From: an uncultured Clostridia bacterium
Lineage (GTDB): Bacteria; Bacillota; Clostridia; TANB77; CAG-465
NCBI GenBank assembly: GCA_947627255.1
Contig: CANQVI010000003.1
Location: 1 to 63,266, forward strand
Direction of reading: 5' to 3'
DNA: 63,266 bases
This document shows positions 1-7,802 of the stretch, in pieces. The notes beneath the pieces are model-generated. The model was not told the DNA's origin, did no database searches, and saw only the letters and a list, made by a program, of their open reading frames with translations. Position 1 is the first letter of the stretch. Each line of letters begins with the position of its first letter. The position numbers were made by a program, and so were the translations under genes.

Positions 1-70
1 TTCTAACTCTTGCGTCGTAAACTTTATCATAAAACACCGTCCTTTCTTTGTTAATTCTTTTGTAAAACAC

Positions 71-95
71 AAAAAAACCAACCCGAACGGATTGA
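71..95 (-). terminator. Putative intrinsic terminator of the tRNA-Gly unit
   Basis: Minus-strand RNA forms a UCAAUCC / GUUC loop / GGGUUGG hairpin (includes G:U pairs) followed by U7. Confidence 0.45.
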
Positions 96-122
96 TTATA
101 TATGTTAAGTTCAAACTATAAA

Positions 123-141
123 AGTTCGAACAGAAACGTCA
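123..141 (-). repeat. 19-nt tRNA 3'-trailer box, copy A (minus strand TGACGTTTCTGTTCGAACT)
   Basis: Starts 1 nt after the encoded CCA of tRNA-Gly. It matches 18 of 19 positions of a box in the same position after tRNA-Leu (4226-4244). It contains the palindrome GTTCGAAC. Confidence 0.6.
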
Positions 142-142
142 C

Positions 143-216
143 TGGAGCGGGTGATGAGAATCGGACTCACGTGTTCAGCTTGGAAGGCTGACGTTCTACC
201 ATTGAACTACACCCGC
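143..216 (-). tRNA. tRNA-Gly (anticodon UCC)
   Basis: The reverse complement folds as a 74-nt cloverleaf with acceptor GCGGGTG/CACCCGC, anticodon loop CTTCCAA and encoded CCA. The T-loop reads TCCGATT, i.e. C rather than U at position 55. Confidence 0.9.
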
Positions 217-234
217 ATTTAACTTACATATATT

Positions 235-263
235 ATTATAAACATGAATTATAATTTTGTCAA
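235..263 (-). promoter_or_regulatory. Sigma-A type promoter of tRNA-Gly
   Basis: Minus strand TTGACA (258-263), 17-nt spacer, TATAAT (235-240). It lies about 19 nt upstream of the tRNA 5' end. Confidence 0.65.
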
Positions 264-349
264 TAGTTTTTTTATATTTTTTTATATTTATTCTAAGTAA
301 ATATATTAAACTATTTTATTATATTATATGAAAAATGAGATAGATTATT

Positions 350-1204
350 CTACCTCACTTCTGGTTTTTTCTTAATGTGTGATCCTATTATTTCAGACAC
401 ATCAGTTATAGTAACAAATGCTTGAACATCGTCTGCTTTTACTATATTTCTTAATTCAGTAAGCTCAAGTCTTGTTATAACACAATATAATATCATTGTT
501 TCACCATTTATCATACCTTTTCCTTCAAATGATGTTACTGTTCTTCCAAGTTTTTCATAAATGTCTGTTGCTACCTTTGCACTTTGATTAGTTATTATTA
601 AAGCAGCTTTTCCTTGTTCTAATCCCTCAGATACAAAGTCTATTACCTTAAAAGTGATAAAATATGTAAGCAATGAATATAATGCTCTATCAAATCCAAA
701 AAGAAAACCTGCTGTACCATAAATAAAGACATTACAAAAAAGTACAATTTGTCCAACAGAAAAATTAGTTTTCTTACTAATAATTATTGCTGCTATTTCT
801 GTACCGTCTAAACATCCACCATATCTTATTACAAGACCAACTCCAAATCCTAAAATTAGTCCACCATATATTGTAGCAAGAAGTTTATCCTGTATTCCAA
901 TATCTACCATTTCTGTAAAATATAGCACTCCTGAAAAAACTAACATTGCAAATAAAGCCTTAAATACAAATTTTTTTCCTAAACTTTTCATACCTAATAA
1001 CAAAAATGGTATATTTAGTAAAATAATATAAATACTTATTGGTATTTTTGTTATTTGTCCTAACATAATAGAAACACCATTAATACCACCGTCAAGAACT
1101 AAATTAGGTATTAATATTGAGCCTATTGCAAAAGCTGCTAATACACATCCTACAATAATAAGCAAGTATGAAAAAATTTCATTAATCACTTTTTTACTAT
1201 TCAT
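350..1204 (-). CDS. YitT family membrane protein with C-terminal DUF2179-like domain
   Basis: Multi-TM N-terminal part followed by a soluble tail (TSFEGKGMINGE...ITRLE...) typical of YitT. The ORF extends to 1234, but the ATG at 1204 (MNSKK) is preceded by GGAGGAG. Confidence 0.8.
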   Translation of the reverse strand: MNSKKVINEIFSYLLIIVGCVLAAFAIGSILIPNLVLDGGINGVSIMLGQITKIPISIYIILLNIPFLLLGMKSLGKKFVFKALFAMLVFSGVLYFTEMVDIGIQDKLLATIYGGLILGFGVGLVIRYGGCLDGTEIAAIIISKKTNFSVGQIVLFCNVFIYGTAGFLFGFDRALYSLLTYFITFKVIDFVSEGLEQGKAALIITNQSAKVATDIYEKLGRTVTSFEGKGMINGETMILYCVITRLELTELRNIVKADDVQAFVTITDVSEIIGSHIKKKPEVR

Positions 1205-1220
1205 ATATCTCCTCCAATTA

Positions 1221-2078
1221 TTAAACAATTCCATATATCATAGATATATCAGTTGGAACTATATATTTAGCTCCTACTTTTTTTGCAACAACTAAAACAA
1301 AAGCACACATTGCTCTTGTAGCATACCACCATGCTGGTTCTTCTACTCTACTTCTTATTTCATCTAAAGATATTTCTGTATAATATCTATTAGTATCTTT
1401 TATTCTTGTTTCAATATCCATCATTATAGTTTCAAATGGATCTTCATATAAATTATTTTTTTCATAACTTATTCCTGAATTTCTTGCAAAATATTCATGC
1501 CCACCACCAGCTAAAATCATAATATCTGTTTTTACATTTGGAACTTCTATTCTTTTTTCTATATAGTCCATTATTTCTTTTAGACTAGTCTTTGCAATAT
1601 CTTCACCTAAATCTGGAAAAACATTTAGTATGTCCATTACGCCAAACTTATTATTCTTCATATCTTTTATTCCATTATTATAATAAGATATCTCAGTAGA
1701 GCCTCCACCACCAACAAAAACTAAAGCCTCTTTAACATTTTTAGTTGCACCATTTACAGTTAATACATTTTCTTTTTCTTGTGATATAATGTTAAACTCT
1801 ATTCCTGTTTCTTCTTTAAATTTATTTAAGAAATTTGCTTTTTCATTTTGACTTAATTCTCTAAAAATGCTTGTCCCACATACAAATATTTCTTTATTTT
1901 TATCTAGAGAATTTACTAGTGAAATTAATTTTTCAACGTCATTTTTATTTAAGCAATTATTAGCTTTGTAATTTTTTTTAAATTCTATCGGCTGTGTTTT
2001 TATATGTATTATATTTTTACCATCATATCTATCAACTTTTGTACATGTAGAACCTGCTTCTACAACTATTTTATCCAT
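1221..2078 (-). CDS. ASKHA-fold protein, Ppx/GppA phosphatase-like
   Basis: N-terminal VEAGSTCTK (phosphate-1-like) and VFVGGGGSTE (phosphate-2-like) motifs. About 285 aa, the size of a Ppx/GppA two-domain core. Confidence 0.5.
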   Translation of the reverse strand: MDKIVVEAGSTCTKVDRYDGKNIIHIKTQPIEFKKNYKANNCLNKNDVEKLISLVNSLDKNKEIFVCGTSIFRELSQNEKANFLNKFKEETGIEFNIISQEKENVLTVNGATKNVKEALVFVGGGGSTEISYYNNGIKDMKNNKFGVMDILNVFPDLGEDIAKTSLKEIMDYIEKRIEVPNVKTDIMILAGGGHEYFARNSGISYEKNNLYEDPFETIMMDIETRIKDTNRYYTEISLDEIRSRVEEPAWWYATRAMCAFVLVVAKKVGAKYIVPTDISMIYGIV

Positions 2079-2090
2079 ATTATCCCCTTT

Positions 2091-2951
2091 CTACTTGTTT
2101 CCTACTATTACTTTTCCATCTAAATTACATATATAACTATTTGGTAATATCTTTTTAATTCTATTTAAAATTTTCTCATTTTTTTCATATTTTCTTCCTA
2201 CTAATACTCCCTCTATAAAGCAAGATGGTATTCCAAATAATACATCACTTTCTCTATCTGTAAATAAATCATCTTTGTATTTACGTTTTTGTAAAAACTC
2301 CTCTAAGTAGTATGGATTTATAAACTCTCTTACATCATTGTCGTTTATCCTATCGGATAAGACATCCCAATACAATATTTTCTTTATTTCTTTACTTTGT
2401 CCATTAAATATTATACCAATTTGTACTCTATCTTGAGATAAACTTGGAAGAAATCTAGCCTCTTTAGTTTGTTCCACAGACCATTTTCTACAATCATATT
2501 TTTGAGAAATACTTAAAATATTTGGCATTTCATCATATGGAATAACTGCAGTTTTATATTTATTTGTAATAGTTGTGCCATTAAAAATCCCATCATATAA
2601 AATAGTTCCTCCACTATAAAAATTAATGTAATCTTTTAATAAATAATCTTGTTTTAAGTTCCATACACTAACACAACTAGGATATTTAGACATTCTTCCA
2701 TCAACAAAAAAACTAGACACAAGCCCTTTTGTTACTATTTCTTCTAATCCTTTTATATTTTTATATGTACCATGAAGTAAAGTTCCTTTTTTTAATTTTA
2801 CATCCTCTCCTACTTCATATCTATCATAAGTATAATTTTTATCTTCTTTTTCTAATGCGTCAAAATAATTATCTATCTGATTATATAATATTTTTCTTGA
2901 CCTATCTTCTTTTATTCTTTCATTTATTATTTTTATATATTCTTCTTTCAT
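2091..2951 (-). CDS. Hypothetical protein (no family recognised)
   Basis: Long ORF with coding-like composition. The ATG at 2951 (MKEEY) is preceded by GAGGGG. The ORF track start at 2963 is 4 codons upstream. Confidence 0.6.
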   Translation of the reverse strand: MKEEYIKIINERIKEDRSRKILYNQIDNYFDALEKEDKNYTYDRYEVGEDVKLKKGTLLHGTYKNIKGLEEIVTKGLVSSFFVDGRMSKYPSCVSVWNLKQDYLLKDYINFYSGGTILYDGIFNGTTITNKYKTAVIPYDEMPNILSISQKYDCRKWSVEQTKEARFLPSLSQDRVQIGIIFNGQSKEIKKILYWDVLSDRINDNDVREFINPYYLEEFLQKRKYKDDLFTDRESDVLFGIPSCFIEGVLVGRKYEKNEKILNRIKKILPNSYICNLDGKVIVGNK

Positions 2952-3000
2952 ATTACCCCTCATATTATCTATATTGTATCATAAAAAAATATATATTAAA

Positions 3001-3028
3001 AGAAAAATCTACGGTTAATTTCCGTAGA
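3001..3028 (-). terminator. Putative intrinsic terminator downstream of dinD
   Basis: Hairpin TCTACGG / 7-nt loop / CCGTAGA (3008-3028), followed on the minus strand by a U-rich run. Confidence 0.5.
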
Positions 3029-3201
3029 CTTATATGGTACCATTAACGTAGATATCAAAAATTTATTGGCTTTCTCGAATATTAATATAAAATTATCAAT
3101 CATTTCTTATCATTAACTTTGAATAACATTTTAAATTATGAAAGACTTTCATTAATAAAATATTATTTTTTTCTTAAATTTTTATTATTCTCTTTTTCTA
3201 A

Positions 3202-3987
3202 TTATTTTAAACTCTTTTTTGGTGTAGGTAAATCTTCTGGCATTGTTCCACCATTTTTTGCAATTACTTCTCTAATATTTTTCCCAATATTATAATGAGT
3301 TTTATTTGCCTCTTTTTCACTACTAATCTTGTCTTTCTTTAATTTTGATTCTGTCTGTGTAATACGAAATAAATTAGCTGCAAGTTCTTCACTTTCCATA
3401 TTATCTAAGATATCTTCTCTGTATCTTAATCCCTTTCTTTTAGCAATATCATCAGCTGTTTCACCATTATACAAGCCTTTATATCCGCTATTATGGAACT
3501 TGTCAAAATTTTTTACTCCTGCTTTTTTTGCAGCTTGATTAAGTGAATAGTTTCCTTTTCTTGTTAAATCTCTTTGATAAAATCTCTTTTCATCTTCTGT
3601 TAGCATAGTATATTCTTTTTCTGTAATTTCTTGTTTCCTTGTTTGAACTGCAAAGTATGTTTGAGCAAGAGCAATTACCTTTTTTCTACTATCTCCATTT
3701 TGTGCTATTAAATAACAAGCATAGCGTGTTAATTTATAATCTGGAATTATTTTCTCTGCACCTTTTGGCATTTTTATCGTTTTGCCAACATTGGCAAAAT
3801 GTTCAATCACATTCATATCACTATTTTTACAAGATTCTTTTGCTTTATTTATTACACTTTCAAACCTTCTCCATTGTTTATATTCTAATATTATCATTAG
3901 TTCCCTAGCATACCAAAATTCAATACCATTTTCATCAATATGTTTAATATCTTCAAATAACATATTTGCTTTGTCTAATTCATTCAT
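3202..3987 (-). CDS. dinD: DNA damage-inducible protein D (DinD-like)
   Basis: Colinear with E. coli DinD as I recall it: FEDIKHIDENGIEFWYARELM, LTRYACYLIAQNGD, AQTYFAVQTRKQE. RBS is GGAGATGG. Confidence 0.75.
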   Translation of the reverse strand: MNELDKANMLFEDIKHIDENGIEFWYARELMIILEYKQWRRFESVINKAKESCKNSDMNVIEHFANVGKTIKMPKGAEKIIPDYKLTRYACYLIAQNGDSRKKVIALAQTYFAVQTRKQEITEKEYTMLTEDEKRFYQRDLTRKGNYSLNQAAKKAGVKNFDKFHNSGYKGLYNGETADDIAKRKGLRYREDILDNMESEELAANLFRITQTESKLKKDKISSEKEANKTHYNIGKNIREVIAKNGGTMPEDLPTPKKSLK

Positions 3988-4034
3988 AATACCATCTCCA
4001 TTCCGTAATATATTATTTTAATTACTCAAGCATT

Positions 4035-4063
4035 ATTATAGAACAAATGTTTGCAAAAATCAA
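4035..4063 (-). promoter_or_regulatory. dinD promoter with a LexA (Cheo-type) box in the spacer
   Basis: Minus strand TTGATT (4058-4063), 17-nt spacer, TATAAT (4035-4040). The spacer holds GAACAAATGTTT (4041-4052), which fits GAAC-N4-GTT(C/T). Confidence 0.6.
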
Positions 4064-4171
4064 CTACTTTTTTCTATTTTTTAATTTTAAACCATACTAT
4101 AAGTACTAACTTTCTATATTTTTTACCAATGGTACAAAACACATGAGATAATATAATACATGCTGAAAACA

Positions 4172-4202
4172 TAATAAAAAAATACCATTCTTTTTTAGAA
4201 TG
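4172..4202 (-). terminator. Putative intrinsic terminator of the tRNA-Leu unit
   Basis: Minus-strand hairpin CAUUCU / AAAAA loop / AGAAUG followed by GUAUUUUUU. Confidence 0.5.
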
Positions 4203-4225
4203 ATATTTGTATCTATCTGTTTATT

Positions 4226-4244
4226 AGTTCGAACAGATACGTCA
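4226..4244 (-). repeat. 19-nt tRNA 3'-trailer box, copy B (minus strand TGACGTATCTGTTCGAACT)
   Basis: Starts 1 nt after the CCA of tRNA-Leu. It matches copy A (123-141) at 18 of 19 positions. Confidence 0.6.
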
Positions 4245-4245
4245 T

Positions 4246-4331
4246 TGGTACCGATGGTGGGGCTCGAACCCACACGTCACAAGGACAATGGTGTTTGAGA
4301 CCATCCTGTCTGCCAATTCCAGCACATCGGC
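4246..4331 (-). tRNA. tRNA-Leu (anticodon CAA), class II with long variable arm
   Basis: The reverse complement GCCGATG...CTCAAAC...GTGGGTTCGAGCCCCAC CATCGGT A CCA is 86 nt, with a canonical T-loop and encoded CCA. Pair 1:72 is G:U. Confidence 0.9.
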
Positions 4332-4362
4332 AAAAATAAAAAAGCAAATATATATTTGCTTT
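4332..4362 (-). terminator. Intrinsic terminator of the TPR gene
   Basis: Hairpin AAAGCAAATA/TATTTGCTTT (4341-4362), followed on the minus strand by a U-run that abuts tRNA-Leu. Confidence 0.55.
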
Positions 4363-4365
4363 TTC

Positions 4366-4394
4366 ATTATACAATATTTATAACTATATTGCAA
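4366..4394 (-). promoter_or_regulatory. Sigma-A type promoter of tRNA-Leu
   Basis: Minus strand TTGCAA (4389-4394), 17-nt spacer, TATAAT (4366-4371) with an upstream TG (extended -10). The predicted start falls inside the 5' arm of the upstream terminator, so transcripts from this promoter should not terminate there. Confidence 0.6.
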
Positions 4395-4403
4395 GAATTA
4401 ATT

Positions 4404-5654
4404 TTAGTTTTTATCTTCTTCTTTTCTAAAACCTGTTCTTGTAATATCTATATCATTATATAAAATAGTCTTTTCTTTTTCTTGTGGCACTGTTTCTTTT
4501 GAAAACCAATTTTTTCTATTATTTTTTTTAACAGCTATTTCTTCTTTTTCTATATTTTTTTCTTCTATTTCTTTTTCATTTATTTCTTTTAAAAAAGTTG
4601 CTATTCTTGAACGCATAGAGTTAAATACAAATTCATTTTCTATCAAATCAATATATTTTGCATCTTCTTTTACTAAATATTCTATTACACTCATAGCTTT
4701 ATCAAACTCATTTCTTGTAGCATATATCATTGCTATTTTATAATATGCCTTTAATCCATAAGTTTCTGTTTTTATTATTTCACTATAAAGCTCCAAAGCT
4801 TCATCATAGTTTCCTTTTAAGAATTTTATATTTCCAAGACTATATATAGCTTCATTTATATTAGGATTTATAACTAATGCAAATTCTAAATTCTTTTCTG
4901 CTTCATCTGTTTTTGAAAGCTCTAATTGTATCATTGCTAAATTATATATTAATTCATATGATTCTGCATGATAATCTAAAGCAGTTTTATATATTTTCTC
5001 TGCTTCTTCATATTTTCCAACATTTGCAAGTAAAATTCCTAAAACTTCATATGCATCATAATATGTAGGGTCTATTTCTATACACTTTTTATACATATCT
5101 AATGCAGATTCTACATCATCTTCTTTTTCTAAAATATTACCAAGTAAGAAATATGCTTTATAATTATTCTCGTCTAAATCTATTACTTCATACAAGTTTT
5201 CTTTAGCCACTTGATATTCTTCTAGCTCATAATAACATTTAGCTATTAAATATAAAGAGTCACTTAATCTTCCTTGTGTAACCATTAATTTATGCAAAGT
5301 AGCTATACATTTTGAATATTTTTTTGCCGAATAATACTTTTCCGCTCTTTTATATAATATTTTTTTAGCAAAGTTAATATTATTATATTGTAAAAGAGCA
5401 TAAATGCATGGTAGTACAAAAATACCCATTCCAAGTATTATTTGATATCCGATTTTTAAATCAACGTCAAAAATAACTATAGGTACATATATTCCTAAAG
5501 AAAATGCAGATATACATATAAATACTAGTACTCCAGGTGCATATCTTTTTATATAATTGACTGATAAATATGTTATTAAAATTATAGCTACGATTATTAC
5601 TATTATATTATCAATTATCATTTGCCCATCCTCCGCATAGGTATTATATAACAT
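4404..5654 (-). CDS. Membrane-anchored TPR repeat protein
   Basis: Three N-terminal hydrophobic helices, then repeated 34-aa TPR-like units (YYELEEYQVAKENLYEVIDLDENNYKAYFLLG and others), then a Lys/Glu-rich tail. Confidence 0.75.
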   Translation of the reverse strand: MLYNTYAEDGQMIIDNIIVIIVAIILITYLSVNYIKRYAPGVLVFICISAFSLGIYVPIVIFDVDLKIGYQIILGMGIFVLPCIYALLQYNNINFAKKILYKRAEKYYSAKKYSKCIATLHKLMVTQGRLSDSLYLIAKCYYELEEYQVAKENLYEVIDLDENNYKAYFLLGNILEKEDDVESALDMYKKCIEIDPTYYDAYEVLGILLANVGKYEEAEKIYKTALDYHAESYELIYNLAMIQLELSKTDEAEKNLEFALVINPNINEAIYSLGNIKFLKGNYDEALELYSEIIKTETYGLKAYYKIAMIYATRNEFDKAMSVIEYLVKEDAKYIDLIENEFVFNSMRSRIATFLKEINEKEIEEKNIEKEEIAVKKNNRKNWFSKETVPQEKEKTILYNDIDITRTGFRKEEDKN

Positions 5655-5709
5655 TTTTTGTCAACTTTCAAGCTCATAATACATATTATATCTAATTTTT
5701 TACGTTACA

Positions 5710-5738
5710 TTGACTAATTTAATATAATAATGTATAAT
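5710..5738 (+). promoter_or_regulatory. Sigma-A type promoter of murC
   Basis: TTGACT (5710-5715), 17-nt spacer, TATAAT (5733-5738). Confidence 0.6.
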
Positions 5739-5766
5739 AATCATTGAAAAAAGGATGTGACTAATA

Positions 5767-7194
5767 ATGACTAAAGACTTTACTGCTTTAAAAAATACGC
5801 ATAAAATCCACATGATTGGTATTGGTGGAGTTAGTATGAGTGGTATTGCTTTAATACTAAAAAAAGATGGTTTTGAAGTTAGTGGTTCAGATAAGAACTA
5901 TGGAGATATGATAGATATATTAGAAAAAAATGGTATACCTGTATATATAGGGTCTAATGCAGACCTAGTAAAAGATGCTGATATAGTTGTATATACATCT
6001 GCTATAAATCAACACGACCCTGAGTTTGTTAGAGCTAAAAGTTTAGGTATACCTACATATGAAAGAGCTAAATTCTTAGGACTTCTTTTACAAAATTATG
6101 AAAAACCTATATGTATATGTGGTACTCATGGTAAAACTACTACCACTTCAATGATTTCATCTATATTTATTGATGCAAATATGGATCCAAATGTTCAAGT
6201 AGGTTCTAAATATGAAAAACTTAATAACTCTAATTATAGATTAGGAAATTCAGAATATTTTATACTTGAAGCTTGTGAATATGTTGATAGTTTTTTAAAC
6301 TTTCCTCATCATTGTGCAACTGTATTAAATATAGAAGCTGAACACCTTGACTATTTTTCTGATATTGAGGATATTAAAAAATCATTTAAAAAATTTATTT
6401 TAATGCTACCAGAAAATGGAATTCTTGTTATTAATCAAGATGACATTCATTGCATGGAAGTATTAAATGATGTTATTGATGAATTACAAAGAAAAAATAT
6501 AAGAATATATAAATTTTCTTTAAGTGACCCAGATGCTCATATATATGCTAAAAACTTTAGCGTTAATATAAAAGGTTTCTACTCTTTTGACGTTACAGAC
6601 CCTAGAAATGATAAAACATATCACTTTTATTTAACTGTTCCTGGTATTCACAATGTATATGATGCACTTGCTGCTATTACTACTTGCCAGGCTTATGGTA
6701 TAGATTTTGAAGATATGAGAAAAAGTTTAAATAAATTCTGTGGAGCAAAAAGAAGATTTGAGTATAAAAAAACAATAGCAGAAAAAGTAGAATTATATGA
6801 CGATTATGCACATCATCCAACAGAAATAAAAGCAACTCTTGCTGCAGCAAAACAAAAAGAACATAATAGAATTATTGCTGCATTTCAACCACACACTTTT
6901 TCTAGAACTAAAGAATTACTAGAAGACTTTTCAAATGCTTTTGTTGATGCTGATATTGTACTACTTATGGATATATATGCTGCAAGAGAAATAGATGATG
7001 GAACTATATCTTCTAAAGATGTTGTAAATTTAATAAATAAGCATAGTAAAAAAGCTATATATACTCCAACTCTTGAAGATATTGCAAAAAAAGTAAAAGA
7101 AATAGTACAACCTGGCGATATTGTATTATCCATAGGTGCTGGTAATATAACACATTTAGCAGACTATTTTGACGATTTAAATAAGAAAAAATAA
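5767..7194 (+). CDS. murC: UDP-N-acetylmuramate--L-alanine ligase
   Basis: IHMIGIGGVSMSGIA Rossmann-type N-terminus, GTHGKTTTTSM P-loop, and Mur ligase middle and C-terminal domains. Confidence 0.95.
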   Translation: MTKDFTALKNTHKIHMIGIGGVSMSGIALILKKDGFEVSGSDKNYGDMIDILEKNGIPVYIGSNADLVKDADIVVYTSAINQHDPEFVRAKSLGIPTYERAKFLGLLLQNYEKPICICGTHGKTTTTSMISSIFIDANMDPNVQVGSKYEKLNNSNYRLGNSEYFILEACEYVDSFLNFPHHCATVLNIEAEHLDYFSDIEDIKKSFKKFILMLPENGILVINQDDIHCMEVLNDVIDELQRKNIRIYKFSLSDPDAHIYAKNFSVNIKGFYSFDVTDPRNDKTYHFYLTVPGIHNVYDALAAITTCQAYGIDFEDMRKSLNKFCGAKRRFEYKKTIAEKVELYDDYAHHPTEIKATLAAAKQKEHNRIIAAFQPHTFSRTKELLEDFSNAFVDADIVLLMDIYAAREIDDGTISSKDVVNLINKHSKKAIYTPTLEDIAKKVKEIVQPGDIVLSIGAGNITHLADYFDDLNKKK

Positions 7195-7198
7195 TTAT

Positions 7199-7220
7199 AG
7201 AGGCATTTTATAATGCCTCT
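7199..7220. terminator. Bidirectional terminator between murC and the convergent gene
   Basis: AGAGGCAT / 6-nt loop / ATGCCTCT, flanked by A/T runs. Confidence 0.6.
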
Positions 7221-7705
7221 TATTTATATATAATTTCATTTAATAAGATTGGTTCTTCTACTAATATAGTAGGTCTTCTTGAAAAATTAACATTATATTC
7301 ATATACTATGTTTTCTTTATTTATATTATATTTTTTACTTAATTTATTTAATAAATTTTTTAGAGCTAAAAGCTCCTTTCTTTCATATTTTCCATTTTCA
7401 TTTATACATAGCATTATACTAATACTTTTACTATCAAAATTATAATCTTTTGTACAAATTGCCATTTCATTATCTGGTATTATACTTAATATCTCACCAT
7501 TTGTATCAATTATATAATGACATGAAAATTCTTTTTCTTTATTATATTTAATTTTTTCAATAGTATTCCTATTTTTAAGTGCACTAAAGCCTTTATATTT
7601 TGATGAAGTGATAACAATGTACTCTATATTTACCATTTTTTCCTTTCTTCTTGTATTATCACCTCGTGTTAAAAAATACCTTTTTATTTCCATCTTAATC
7701 ACCAC
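7220..7705 (-). CDS. Amidase_2/PGRP-like protein that appears to lack catalytic zinc ligands
   Basis: The layout resembles N-acetylmuramoyl-L-alanine amidase (IEYIVITSS..., FSCHYIIDTNGEI..., SISIMLC...). The expected His residues are replaced. The more likely start is the ATG at 7636 (MVNIEY), with RBS AAAGGA. Confidence 0.4.
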   Translation of the reverse strand: MVIKMEIKRYFLTRGDNTRRKEKMVNIEYIVITSSKYKGFSALKNRNTIEKIKYNKEKEFSCHYIIDTNGEILSIIPDNEMAICTKDYNFDSKSISIMLCINENGKYERKELLALKNLLNKLSKKYNINKENIVYEYNVNFSRRPTILVEEPILLNEIIYK

Positions 7706-7744
7706 ATTATATTTTATGTTGCTTTTAAGTTTTTGTTAATATTC

Positions 7745-7772
7745 TTGACAACTTATTTATCTTTGATATAAT
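7745..7772 (+). promoter_or_regulatory. Sigma-A type promoter of ychF
   Basis: TTGACA (7745-7750), 16-nt spacer, TGaTATAAT extended -10 (7764-7772). Confidence 0.6.
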
Positions 7773-7802
7773 ATTAGTTGTATAAAAAAGGATGTGTTTG
7801 AA

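Noticed and set aside
1-30. Possible start of a minus-strand CDS running off the left edge (ATG at 30, MIKFTTQELE...).
   Set aside because: Only 10 codons are visible and the RBS (GGA) is weak. That is too little sequence to support a feature.
143-4225. Integrative-element hypothesis for the segment bracketed by the two 19-nt boxes.
   Set aside because: No integrase, recombinase, excisionase or phage/plasmid gene lies in the segment. The boxes do not include tRNA 3' sequence beyond CCA. Both sit in identical positions relative to different tRNAs, which fits a functional trailer motif better than att sites.
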